Source of the DNA: Lama glama
Taxonomy: Eukaryota
Direction: 5' to 3'
DNA length: 64,000 nucleotides
Assembly: GCA_028534125.1 (NCBI GenBank)
Contig: CM052823.1
Location: forward strand, 70,308,001-70,372,000
The notes below the pieces were generated by a model. It was not told where the DNA came from. It saw nothing but the letters and a program-made list of their open reading frames with translations, and ran no database searches. Below, piece by piece: positions 38,153-50,373 of this stretch. Position 1 is the first letter of the stretch; every line of letters begins with the position of its first letter. Both the position numbers and the translations under genes were made by a program.

Positions 38153-38300
38153 AAAAGTTATATTCCCAGTACTCACCCTGAGCCATCTCCCTCCTTCTTC
38201 TGTCAGCCAGGGCCCTTCAACTAATCAGCATTAAGATTCTAGACCAAACTGCCTCTCTGAGCATTTACAGTCATCCTACCAGAACCTTTCCTTCCATCCT
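38153..38300 (+). pseudogene. DNAAF9-like remnant exon overlapping TGM7 exon 1 on the opposite strand
   Basis: Long pyrimidine tract plus cgcAG at 38151-38152. KSYIPSTHPEPSPSFFCQPGPFN* ~ RSYF...RQPFVLFGNHS. 3' end uncertain. Confidence 0.4.
38177..38186 (-). CDS. TGM7: Transglutaminase 7 exon 1 coding part (MAQ-V)
   Basis: Minus strand reads ggagATGGCTCAGG|gtgagt, a perfect phase-1 donor. With it the 13 exons total 2133 nt = 710 aa plus stop, the known TGM7 length. Confidence 0.8.
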
Positions 38301-38409
38301 GAGTCGGGTGGGGCTGCCATTTCCTCCTCCTCCTAGTGCTCCTCCTCTTCTTAAGTTTCCCGTTGTTCCGGGTGCATCTTAGCTCAAGGAAAAGAGCTTT
38401 TGTCTACAG

Positions 38410-38553
38410 CCTTTTTTTAAATTGCTGAGGGATTTGTTTCTGTGGCCTCCTTTTTAAGCCGGGGAGACTCAAGTGATATGGGAGGCAAAGGATGGTTTGG
38501 ATCTGTCCCTTTGAGCCTTTGTCTCTACAAGGCTTGGGACCCGATTCACCAGA
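38410..38553 (+). pseudogene. DNAAF9-like remnant exon
   Basis: AG at 38408-38409; FF*IAEGFVSVASFLSRGDSSDMGGKGWFGSVPLSLCLYKAWDPIHQ; phase 1-1; weak GTGAAT donor. Confidence 0.4.
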
Positions 38554-39107
38554 GTGAATCTAAGCTAAGAGTGCTTGGGGGATGGGGTGGCTGGAAGGGA
38601 GATGAGTAAGGAACGGAGCTGCCCTTGGAAGGTCATACACAAATAGTCATGAAATTGAGTCTGACCAGCTCATTAGGACCAGGAGGACTTTGTATCTTGA
38701 AGAAAAAAGAATACATAAAAATGGTGAATTATTATGCTGTTGATTAAAAATGAAGTTGATAAAATTTCCAATGACAAGGGAGAATGCCTATAATATAATG
38801 TTAACGGAGGGGGGGGGGAATGAGATACAAAAACAGTGCAGCTTACCTCAATGCTGTAAAAAATGCTATTTGTGCAGGTAGACCCCTTTTTAAAAGATGG
38901 AAACAAATATGACAAACTGTGATTGTTTGAAAGCAGTGAGATTGGAATGATTGTGATTTCTTGATTTACACTTTGCTTAATTAAAAAAAAAATCCACAGT
39001 GGGAGGGTAAGTTGTTTTAATAAGGGAGGAAAAAAATACTTATAAGAAAAAGTGAGAAAAGGTTAGGAGGACCAGGGTTACAGATCTGAACATGAGTATT
39101 TTACCAG

Positions 39108-39236
39108 ATTCACAGTTGAAAAAGAGAAGCAGAAGCATCCAGTCAGCACTCCTGGAGGAAGCATTTGGTTTTGTAAAAGAAGAGTGCTACAGAGAAAACA
39201 GAAAGATACTTACATGTGTACTGATCATTATCAAAG
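39108..39236 (+). pseudogene. DNAAF9-like remnant exon (still open)
   Basis: ttttaccAG...AAAG|gtatgc; 129 bp; SQLKKRSRSIQSALLEEAFGFVKEECYRENRKILTCVLIIIK ~ DSKLPKK...IYAAVIEAVLAGI. Confidence 0.6.
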
Positions 39237-40822
39237 GTATGCAAGAGGCACCTAATTCCCTGGGTTAATCTGTGTGATTCATCGCAAATTCTCACACCTA
39301 TTGTAACCAAAGCTTTCTGTCTCAACCTCAGCCTTTTTACAATGTGATGTATTTAGGAAATGGTCCTCGGTTGGAGCCATTAAACTTGCTCATACCCACT
39401 GTTTACTGAGCATCCTGGGAACTTTGTTTTTATCAAAATTACTGCGTTTTGGCTCAGAAAAATGATACTTTGGTTACTGGTGCAAGAATCCCTTCTGGTA
39501 GAAATACATGCTCTTTTGAGGAAGGCAGAATTTTTAAAAAATGACTCTTTGTAATAAAAGTCCTAATTCATATTAAAGATACTTTAAATGTAGATTTGTT
39601 TAAATGGGGGAAGGAAGTATATATTTGGTAAATTTCCTTCCTGTAATTTTGTCTATGCTGAGGTGGGATTTTTCCCACCATAGTTGTGGTCATACTGTAT
39701 CTTGAAGACAGAACTTGTTTAAAGTAAGAATTTCCGTATAAGACAATTTGCCATTCTATTTGAAAATAAAGCTTTAATAATGTAAACTTTACTTTTGCCT
39801 TGTAAAAATAAGCTTTTACACTTGATGTCTGTATGTATGTACATATGTTTTTATTTCAACCTTTCCATTTTTATTTTGGAGCCTAGATGATAAAAGAGGG
39901 TTCCCCCCAAATAACCACAATATTATTATCCAAATTGACCAAAGAAATTCCACTTTGTCAGTCCCACTGGCCCTATTAAGACTGTGTCCCAATTTCTACT
40001 GCTACTCTCATTCTTTCCTTCCTTCCTTCACTTTTATAAGCATTGATGACTATAATGTTGATGGCACCATATTAGAAGTTTTGAGGTACATAAAGGTAGT
40101 AAAAGCTGATCTTTAGCCTGTTGTTTAATCTGTTGGTGGGGATAAAACACACACAAATATTCTCTACAAAGGAAACCTCCCTGAATAGCAGGCTTAGAAG
40201 GATGGAGGTCCCTTAGGGAGGAGCTCAGGAAAGGCGCTGTGGTGTGTGATGTGTGGCCAGCCACTGGTCTTGAAGGGTGAAGAGGTTTTGAGAGAGAGAG
40301 AGAGAGAGATGATGCGAGAAAGGCCTTCCAGGCCAAAGGCACAGCTTGAGCAAAGGAGGAAAAGTAGGGAAAGCCAGGGCTTTTGAAATTGGCACAGAAT
40401 CTGCCTGCAGCCACCAAAACTCACTTTATTAGGCAATTATTTTTAACAGAGAAATAAAAGGTTAGATAGAGGCTTGTTAATTTCAAAATTCTAAAAAAAA
40501 AAGAAAACAAACAAAACCAAAGTTGTTTTTCCTACATTGCTTTAGAAATTAGAGTTTTATAGCTGCTAGTGGTCAGTTTTAAGACCTAAACATCACCCAT
40601 CAAATTAAGGTTTTGATGACCCCTAGCTTTTTTCATAACACCACCTATGTCAACTTCTTCTACATGATTGTCACCCTCACCTGGAATCTAGCTAAGCAAC
40701 GATATTGGACAACTAATTTTTAATTAAATTGTAATCTGTTGATTAAATTATGATCAATATTCATCATAGTATTTCAAATCATGTTCTTTGACTGATCATA
40801 TTATATTCTGTTTACTCTATAG

Positions 40823-40929
40823 ATTTTTTTCAGACAAATGCCCAATTTTTAAATTTAGTTTCCAAGACAAAAAAAGCCCTTTAACCATAGGATCATTTCT
40901 ATGTTGATAAAAGACCAACCTCTGTTACG
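40823..40929 (+). pseudogene. DNAAF9-like remnant exon
   Basis: Phase 1 to 0: DFFQTNAQFLNLVSKTKKAL*P*DHFYVDKRPTSVT ~ CYAKTSSLTKAKEVAEQTL; weak donor. Confidence 0.45.
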
Positions 40930-43900
40930 GTTAACTCACTGGATTTGTCCCACAATGAGACAGCAAGCTCTGAGGCTCTTTAACTCTAAAATAAATACAG
41001 ACACATTATAATCCTCTCCCGGCTCCACACCCTCACATGCGTCTGCTGAGTTCTCTCCTTGAAGATCCTGCTGTCACTTCAGATTCAGCATGTTCAAAAT
41101 TGAACTCATTAGCCCCACCCATCCCCCAAATTCATATAATTTCTTACTCATCCTTGTACATATTACCAAACTTCATTAGTTGTTTGGAGCCTGCTATTTG
41201 AAGGTCATGTGACCAAATGGATGGAGCAGAGGTGTCTGAGTTAGAGAACCTGGTTGAAGGTGCTACTCCTGCCCTTCTGAGCTTTTTGACCTTATGTGAC
41301 CTTGAGCAAGGAAGCCTCGAGGAAAGCACTGCTCCTGTGTAAAATGGGGCTAATGGCAGTGCCCACCTCACAGAGTTGCTTTGAGAATCAAGTAGAGAGT
41401 GTTTGTGGAAGCCGGAAAGTGCTGTACAAACATTAGTCAGTCCCACTGGTAATTATGATAATAGTTATGATCCTTCAAAAGGTGAGATTCACACTAAGTG
41501 AAAGAATGTGTGTCAAGACCTGCTGATGAGATGCCCAGGGAGACATTCATGACCATCGAGAAGCTGTCATAGCCAAGTCCAGCCTCAGTCTCAGTCTTGT
41601 CAGGACTTGGTGATTCCCAGGGGGACCAAAGACATCACATGGTCAGACCCCTGCTTCAGACTTACCAGTGGCTTGCATTGCTCCAGTGGTTCACGTGTTC
41701 TGCCACTGTATTTGATTCTGACCACATTTCCATCTCTATTGCCCACTGTTCTACCTTTCACTTACTTTCTGATCTTTTGGTGGTTTGCCCAATTGCCCAG
41801 TTCCCATATCAAAGTCTTTCCCTAAGCCAGGTCCTTTCCTGGTCAGACTTTCTACCCTCTGTCTAGACCTCAGCAGAAATGTCATTCCTCACAGAAGGTC
41901 TTTGTAACTGGCTGAGGCCCTATGTTTACTCTATTGCAACACTTGGATTCTCCTTCAAAGAACTGATCATACTCTAAATAGTCATTTGTATAGTTTATCC
42001 CCCCTCCAGATTTCCTGTCTTTCTATGTGTCATTTGGGTGATCCCAACTGAATAGGCTGAGCCACCTAAAAAATAAAGCCATTTTCTATGACACCTGAGT
42101 TACAATGCCCCTCCCTTTTGTATGAAATTAGCTGGAAGTAAGAAATTCCTGGGATGTCCTCCCCATAGGTTCTAGAGAACCCCCAGGTTTGCTTACTTTT
42201 ATCCAGAAATCCTCCTGCTCTCTTGATAGCTGGTACTTGCTTGAAGACTGGGAACTCAGCCTCACTCTTTCAAGGATGGGTTGGCTGGCTCTGCCAGACT
42301 AGAGGTTCTTTACCAACTGCACAAGCCTGGGAGGATTGCAGAGGCCTTCAGTTATAAAGCAGGGAGGGTGGGGCAGGAGGGCTTAATGAAATTAGTCACA
42401 TCTGCCGAGATCAGCTCCTGAGCCCCTGCTCTTGAGTCTTGGGTTCTTCTCCAGACAGCCCCTTCCTGGACCGGTGGTGAGCTGCACTTGTCTTGTGTTC
42501 CCTTGCCTGTCTGATCTCAGTCTGGACCACCCCGGCCATCAAACCTGTTTTAATAACCAAACATCCAAGGGCGGTTAGTCATAGTTGGTCCCCCAAAACC
42601 TTTTTCCCAGGGTGTTCCTCTGCTTCTTGAAAATGATGGAGGAGGAGTAAAGGAGGAATTTTGCCTAAACATCTAAAACCTGGGTTAGAGGTATGCCTAA
42701 TTCTGCTGCCAACAATCTCATGAGCTTGTCCAGCCAAAAATACTTGTATTCTTTTCTTTAAGATATCTTAATCCCATCAATTATGCTACAATCAAATTTT
42801 GTTACTTTTTCAGGCTGTACATAATCTAATTTCTTCCACATCTTTCCATTCCCACCCCACATCCCACCAGGCAGGGTCAATAGCTCCTCTCCTGGACCAT
42901 TGCTCCTCCTAACTGGCCTCTCATTGTGTCATTTCGAACCCACACAGTCCTACACAACAGTCAGAGTGCTCTTTTAGAGAAGCAAAAATTGTCAGATCAG
43001 TCCCTTGCTTAAACTCTTCTGTATCTTTTTATTCCCCTTAGAGTAAGATCCAAAAGATATATTTGGTCCCCGAAGCCCTGCATGTTCCAACTTCCACTTT
43101 CCTTTTCCTCACTGTCTCTCTGCCACAGCTATTCATTCATGTGATAAGTTTTTGCTAAACATCTAAGTGCCAGGTGCCAGGGATACAATGGTGAATAAGA
43201 CTGATGAGGTCCCTGCCCTCAGGGAACTTTACATTATAGTGGGCAAGACAGTCAATGAACAATGAAGTAGATGGATAAATAGACAAAATATGCTCAGGTG
43301 GAGATTACTGTTGTGAAGAAAAAAATAAACAAGGGGATGAGATAATTTGGGGGCAAGATGCTACTTAGATTGGGTGGTCAGGACAGATCCCCATGGGGTG
43401 GGGGTATTGATCTGAAGCTAAGTGACAAAACAAACCCAGTCATTGAAAATAGGGACAAGGAAAGTTCAGAGGCCCTGAGGCAGGAAGCAGGGATATGGAA
43501 AGTGTGGGGATGGGGGAGGGGCATGATACGTTGGAGGAAAAGGGCAGCCAGTGTGAGTGAGGTGAGACTGGTGTGGGGAATGATTGGACGAAGGGTCAGA
43601 CAAGAAGGGAGGGGCCAGACCTCACAGGCCATGTAAACTAAAGGTTGGAGGTTGGGATTTCTTCTGCGCTCTCCCTGCTCCTTGGGTACATTTGCCCAAA
43701 GCCTTCTCACATGCATCTTCCTGGCCTGTTCTCCTAGCTAACTACTCCTCTTTCTTCAGGACTCTAGGTTAAACACCCCTTTCTTCCGGTTGACTTCCTT
43801 GATAAGTGTTCCTGTAGTTTGCATGCATTTTATTTTTTCATTCCACAAATATTTATTGAGTGCCTGTCGTGTACCAGGCACTGTTCTAGGCTCTGCAGAT

Positions 43901-43970
43901 GCAATTGAACAGATTTTCATGAAATTAGACAGGCATATTTAGGATGATATGACTGGAAATGTGGTTTCAG

Positions 43971-44053
43971 TCATACACCCAGAATTCTGTGTTGGAGAAT
44001 TCCCTTGAAGAATACCTTAAAGAGATAGACCGCTGTCTTTCAGAGCAGTGCAG
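43971..44053 (+). pseudogene. DNAAF9-like remnant exon
   Basis: tttcAG...CAG|gtac; SYTQNSVLENSLEEYLK, then a frameshift, then RPLSFRAVQ ~ KMTFHIHAVN. Confidence 0.5.
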
Positions 44054-44178
44054 GTACAGTGAGTGGCTCTGGGGCTTTGGGCTGAAAGAGACGCATTTCA
44101 TGAAGACGTGGTGGGCCTGAGAAAGCAGCAATTTCAAATGAATTGTGGGCTCTGATTTGGGATGTAGCTGCTTCTCAG

Positions 44179-44386
44179 ATGGGCCGCACTGTGTATTCCA
44201 AAGTTTATTTAGCGACAGTGGTGATTTCCCTAAATGACCCCAGAGGGGACATACGGCTATTAGTGGAGAAATAAATGGTTATTAATCCCCAGAGAGGACA
44301 TATGTTTACAGTGAAGAGTGGCTGTACCCAAGCTCAGTGGAGACTCAGGCAACAAGTCTCTAGAGGCTGCAGCTGTTTCCCAGAAG
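44179..44386 (+). pseudogene. DNAAF9-like remnant exon
   Basis: cttctcAG...AAG|gtactt; MGRTVYSKVYLATVVISLNDPRGDIRLLVEK*..., then a frameshift, then VAVPKLSGDSGNKSLEAAAVSQK ~ QGRIV...TACMAVYDIPD...AAVPRFCS...TQQAVRGD. Confidence 0.6.
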
Positions 44387-44464
44387 GTACTTCTGCAACC
44401 CCAGGGGGTGTCCGGAGTGACTGCTTTCAGAATGAGCCTTGAAGAGTTTAGACAAAGAAGGTCT

Positions 44465-45720
44465 TTTATGTATTCATTCAACAAACATTTTGATTGAGTG
44501 CTCCCATGAGGACTGAACCAAATTCTGAAGGCACAGCAGTAAATAACAGACAGGATTCCCATATTCATGGAGTTTACATTCTACCAAGGGAGACAGACAT
44601 CTCAGAATTAATGACTTAGCTTCAACTGAGCAAGTACAGATTGTCCTGAAAGCACGTTTCAAGAGGACCTGGTCAGTCTGTGGGAGGGTGAGGGTGGGGA
44701 CAGGAAGGCTTCTGTGGGAAATGATCTTTGACTTTGTTTGGTAAGATGACTGGAAATTCTAAGTATGAGAAGAAGCTGCTGAAGGGTGAGGAGTGTTCCT
44801 TGCAAAGGGAGCCGTTGTACAAAAGCCCCAAGGTAGAAGAAGCAGGTGTGATTCCCCTAACATTTCTGAGAGAAAGTCAGTGTGACTGGCTCAGGGTGTT
44901 GAGCAAAGGGGAGCAGAGTATGACATGAAGGCGTGCCAGAGATTTTGTTTGGGGTTATGTTTCAAAGAGCAATGGGAAGCCAGTAAGTGTTTCAAGTTGG
45001 CTAATAAAATACTGGGTTTGTGTTTTCAAAAAAATCATTCTTTTAGTGTGGAGGATGGGTGGGGAGAGGGGCAAAGGTGGATGGGAGGAGACTCACTGGA
45101 AGTGTCCTGCAGGAAAACAGGGGAGAATTGATGGACACCTGGACCAGGGTAGTGGCATTGGAGATGTTCTCAGTGGAGAATTCCAGAGGCCTTAGAAGGT
45201 AAAATCGACAGCCTGTGGTGACTGATTGACTGTGTAGAGTGAGGGAGAAGGAGGGATTATGAGTCCTAAGGTTTCTGGCTTCATGCTTTTGGGTGGATAG
45301 TGATACTCTTTATGAAATAGGAAACACTGGATGAAGACCAAGTTTAGGCAGGGTGGTCAGAACATGGGTTGGGTTTCAGGATTTGTGGTTCAGTTTGAGA
45401 TGCCCTTTAGGCATAGGCTGATTAGGCTGTTGAAAAGACAGGTTTTAGAGCCTAGAAGAAAGGTCTGGGTTAGAGACGTAAAAAGATAGTCATTGGAGCC
45501 AAAGGTTTTGATGAATGCGTAGGGGGAAAGGTGGTAGAGTAAGAAGAGACAGGTCTTTGAGTATCCCTAGCATTTAAAGGTTAGGGAGAGGAAGAGGATG
45601 GCCATAGAGGCTGAACAGGTAGCAGGAAAACCAAGAGGTGGTTGTCCCAAGAAGCCCAAGAAGGAGTGTTTCAAGGAGCAAGAAGTGCTTATTGGTAGGA
45701 AGTGCTGCCAAGCCATCAAG
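44465..45720 (-). mobile_element. L2 3' fragment
   Basis: cattcaacaaacattttgattgagtgc...catggagtttacattcta...gagcaatgggaagcca...gaaggtaaaatcgacag. Confidence 0.7.
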
Positions 45721-45805
45721 TTCGTAAAGCCATCCATCAGCTCTTGGTTTTAAGACTATTATACCTTAGTGAGAGACTGAGATTGACTTCCTTTCCTTTT
45801 GCCAG

Positions 45806-45885
45806 GCTTCCTTTCTGGGTTTTTGAAAATCATCAATGAAGGGGTAATTTCAGGACATCAGGAGGCAGAAGCCAGTTGAAGGAGT
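45806..45885 (+). pseudogene. DNAAF9-like remnant exon
   Basis: Strong acceptor ctttccttttgccAG; ASFLGF*KSSMKG*FQDIRRQKPVEG ~ [28 protein letters not shown]. Confidence 0.6.
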
Positions 45886-45980
45886 ATTTCCACTGCCCTT
45901 TTATTTTCTACTCAAAACCGTATTTAACTATATATAAATATGACCCACCTTTGTTTCAACCCTCTGTGAATGAGATTTCA

Positions 45981-46250
45981 GGGTTTTTTCCCCCTCTTTG
46001 CTTTCCCAAGTGTCCAAGTGGATCCCTCGCTTTATGGGAGAAGAAGTGCACGGGGTTTCTTATACTGGATGATTCCTTCAAAGAGACAGTGGAGAAAAGT
46101 TATTTGTAGCTTTAACATTGGATCTAATTCCATTCCCTCACTTGAGACCATGAGTGGGCAGGTCTTGCATTATTTGTGATTTTAACATGAAAGAGCAGGT
46201 TGGCATGATTTGGATAGAAATTTATTACCAAAATTCTGAAGCAAAGTTAC
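45981..46250 (+). pseudogene. DNAAF9-like remnant exon
   Basis: Gapless match at 45996-46091: LCFPKCPSGSLALWEKKCTGFLILDDSFKETV ~ [32 protein letters not shown]. After a frameshift, ALTLDLIPFPHL ~ IDFKSSLLPHL. 3' end uncertain. Confidence 0.65.
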
Positions 46251-46345
46251 ATGTTCCATTTATGGCCACATGAGAAATTTATCGTCTGGGAAAGATGCAA
46301 CAAATCTTAGTTTAACTTGCTTTTGTTTTTTGTTTTTTCCCAAAG

Positions 46346-46420
46346 AAATAGAGAAAATCTCTCACCTCTATAATGAGTATCTGGAGAATGTCAGACCTCT
46401 AACCAGCAGTTTGACCAAAG
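46346..46420 (+). pseudogene. DNAAF9-like remnant exon (open, 75 bp)
   Basis: T-rich acceptor plus AAG; IEKISHLYNEYLENVRPLTSSLTK; phase 1-1; AAG|gtttcc donor. Confidence 0.45.
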
Positions 46421-48644
46421 GTTTCCCCAAACAACAGTCAGCAAGTTTGGTTGTGAGGGAAGGGTAGCATCTGGAGAGGTCCAAGGAGGGATTTTCCCTA
46501 ATACTGGAGAATTGAGCGTGGTTAGGTGTTGATGAGAAAGAGAGTGTAGCAAGGGATTAGCTCAAAGACAGAGGAAAGAGAAGGAATAATCCAGGGACCT
46601 CAAACTCATATGTCCAAGGGGCCAAGTAGGTAACCTAAATGAGTGAAGCAGTGGGATGTAAGAAATAGTGGCAGGAAATGCAAGAAACTAGAGAGCACAG
46701 GCTCATTGTAGATACTGGTCTGAGGCCTGGGGGAGTCCTGGGGGGGATCGAACTCTTCTTGATGGTGATGGCAGTGTACACACAAATGTATGCCTTGGTC
46801 AAAACTTATGGAATTATCTACTAAAAAGGAGGATTTTTACCTTCCATTTTTCCTTATTTTAACTAAAATAAAAGGAAGAAAACCTATGCGGATCAAACAT
46901 AGTGTGTGGGTCACAAACATAGTCTTATGGACTATGGAATACTTGAGAGAATAAAGCTTCTGAAAACATGTGAGGAATGGGACCCAGACCCCAGGTGGAG
47001 AGATTTGCCTCAGATGGAAGAGGGATACAGTCTCTATGGAAACAGGAGGAAAGGTAGTAAGGGAGTGATAGCAAGCAGGCAAGTTTGTGGCAGCAATTTG
47101 TGGGATTTCTGATCTGATGACTTCTATTTTGCCAGTGAAGCATGCATAGTCACCTGCTGACTATAAGGTGGGAAGTGGAAAGTCAGATATTGGAGGAGAG
47201 TGGTGATGGTTTCGTATAGACACAGAGGAGAATTCGACAATGAATGGACCAGAAAAAAATTATTAGGTTGTATTTCAAACCCTTCTGAGGTTTGTGGTTA
47301 TATTAATTAGGATTGAGTTCAGCTGCATATAACAAAAGAATAATGGCTTAAAAATGAAGTTTATTTCTCTTTCACATAAAGGAATTATGGAGGTAAGATT
47401 AGGGCTGGTATATAATTTCATCAGGGGTCAAAACTTCTACTTTGCTTCCGCATCTTGGTCATGGCTTCTATCCCCAAGGTCACCTTATGGTTCAAGATGG
47501 CCTTAGAGGCTGCACCAGAAGGCAAAGAAGGCGGTCTTTTCCACTGAATCAACTCTCCGTAAGCTTCCCTGAAGCAACTACCCAACATTCTCCCTCATTT
47601 GCTGGAGCACACTTGGTCATACCTGCATGCAAGGGCAGCTGGGAAATGCAGTCTTTTATCCCTGGGAGCAGGGTGTCCAACTAGACATCAGGGTTCTATT
47701 ATTAAAGAATATATAGTAGAGTTTGGAGTTGGTGATCTCTACCATAGTGATCTGCCATGTCTTGTGCTTTTTGTTCTCTGGTGGAGATCATCTCAGGAGG
47801 TGGCCATGAAGAAGCCTGGGAGTTTGTTTCACCAGGGGTTGAGTATTTATCAGATAAATGGTTAAAAAAAGTGCTGAAGAGCAAGAGTCTAGGACTGTCT
47901 TGAGAGGGCGACTACTTGAACCATGGATTCTAAACTAGATTTGGGAGGCAAGTGAGGGCAAGTGGAAGCTGATGGATGGAGAGGAAGTAGAAACCTCAAT
48001 TACCTGAACATCCTGATGCAGTGGAAGAAACTGAGCAGGCAGGCTTGAATAACAGGATTGTGGTGGAGAGGCAGAAGTTAGGCTGTAGACAGACAGCTGC
48101 CAATCATCGTTTTAAAGAGAGGAGATGGGATTGTGGCACTCTGAATCTCAAGTGAAGATCAGGGAGTGACAAGAATCCACCAGACCTCTTTCCTGTTTCT
48201 CTTGCCTCCCACCTACTTCCTGCTTTTGTAAGTCTCCCTTCATAGGATTTCAAACTAAGGGTGCATCTCATGCCCTGCCTCACATGCACTTGGCCCACTT
48301 TTAACTCCAGCTATTTCTGCAACAGCTAGGTGCGACCTGACAGCATACTTTCCCACAGGTGCAGCCTGACAGCATGGTGCCTCAGCTTCCCTCGGGAATC
48401 TCTCAAGCTCTGCCCCAGTGCTTGTCTGTCATGTGGGCACTCACACACATGCAAAGCTGAAAGTGGGGAGAGACTCAATACCTCATGGGGCAGTTTTTGA
48501 CCACCGAGGACCAGGATCTGATAAGTTAATGCTCCCTCTCATCTCCTTCAGGGTGGGCAATTCTGGGGTACATTCTTCTTCTTTCCAGAGGGTCCTAGCA
48601 GGACGGAGCCCCAGGTGCCCATAATAGTGACCAGCTTGATAACC

Positions 48645-49860
48645 CTTTTTAAATTGTGCTAACACAGAACATAAAATTTGTCATTTTAACAATTTTACAG
48701 TGTATAATTAAGTAGTATCTAATATATTCAGTTATGTAACTGTCACCACTATCTAGTTCCAGATCATTTTTATCACCCCCCCCAAAAAAATCCCCATACC
48801 TATTAAGCCATCATACTCCATCCCTCCCCATTCCAATCTGTTTTCTGTCTCTATGAGTTTCCCTATTCTAGATATTTCATATAAATGGAATGATGAGNNN
48901 NNNNNNNNNNNNNNNNNNNNNNNNNNNNNNNNNNNNNNNNNNNNNNNNNNNNNNNNNNNNNNNNNNNNNNNNNNNNNNNNNNNNNNNNNNNNNNNNNNNN
49001 NNNNNNNNNNNNNNNNNNNNNNNNNNNNNNNNNNNNNNNNNNNNNNNNNNNNNNNNNNNNNNNNNNNNNNNNNNNNNNNNNNNNNNNNNACAATGTTAGT
49101 TTCAGGTGTACAGCAAAATGATTCAGTTATACGTAGACATACATTATACTTTTTTTCAGATAGGTTTCCATTGTATGTTATTACAAGAAATTAAATATCA
49201 TTCCCTGTGTTGTACAGTAGGTCCTTTTGTTTATCTATTTTATATATAATAATGTGTATCTGTTAATCACAAACTTGTAATTTATCCCTCCCCTACCCTT
49301 TCCTCTTTGGTAACCAGTTTGTTTTCTATGCCCATGGTTTGTAAATAAAATTTGTGTCTTTTTTTTTTGGATTCTTCATATAAATGATATCATATGATAT
49401 TTGTCTTTCTCTGTCTGACTTCACNNNNNNNNNNNNNNNNNNNNNNNNNNNNNNNNNNNNNNNNNNNNNNNNNNNNNNNNNNNNNNNNNNNNNNNNNNNN
49501 NNNNNNNNNNNNNNNNNNNNNNNNNNNNNNNNNNNNNNNNNNNNNNNNNNNNNNNNNNNNNNNNNNNNNNNNNNNNNNNNNNNNNNNNNNNNNNNNNNNN
49601 NNNNNNNNNNNNNNNNNNNNNNNNNNNNNNNNNNNNNNNNNNNNNNNNNNNNNNNNNNNNNNNNNNNNNNNNNNNNNNNNTTTCAAATTATAGCTTTCTC
49701 CANNNNNNNNNNNNNNNNNNNNNNNNNNNNNNNNNNNNNNNNNNNNNNNNNNNNNNNNNNNNNNNNNNNNNNNNNNNNNNNNNNNNNNNNNNNNNNNNNN
49801 NNNNNNNNNNNNNNNNNNNNNNNNNNNNNNNNNNNNNNNNNNNNNNNNNNNTATATTGTG
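48645..49860 (-). mobile_element. Nested L1 3' fragments with three N gaps
   Basis: acataaaatttgtcattttaac..., gtttcaggtgtacagcaaaatgattcagtt..., gatatcatatgatatttgtctttctctgtctgact. Confidence 0.8.
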
Positions 49861-50373
49861 TTTTCCTCCTTCTCTGACATGGGAGATAGAACAGTGTGGG
49901 GAGAATCTGGAAGTAGTGAGGCCACTGCAACAGTCTAGGTGGAAAGGGGACACTTGGAGATCTGGACAAAGGCATCAGGGATAGAAAGAAGGGGCTAGAT
50001 TTGAGGAACATAAGAATTAGAACCAACTGGACTTGGTATCAGTGTGAGAGAAACAAGAACCTGATGGTTGGGGGAGGGGAATGAGGATGATACTGAAAAT
50101 TTAACTTAAAAACCATGTTTTAAATTGTTGCCATTTTTAAAACCCAAACATTTGATAATTTTGACAGCTAGTATATTTATAATTACTATGCTAATAAATC
50201 CCACATATATCCAACCACCTGTGGGGACAAGTATTTCCATGTCATAGAAGTAGGGGCCACCTTTAGAGTTTGCAGGGCCCCTGAGCAAATATTTTTTTTT
50301 GTAGGGTCCCTGTCTAAATAAAAATTTGTCATCCAAACTCAGCATGTCAACACCATTCTGGCAGCTCAATCTT

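Noticed and set aside
48853-50026. ORFs spanning N runs (also at 8464-8820 and 15617-16090)
   Set aside because: They are open only because of undetermined bases inside L1 remnants.
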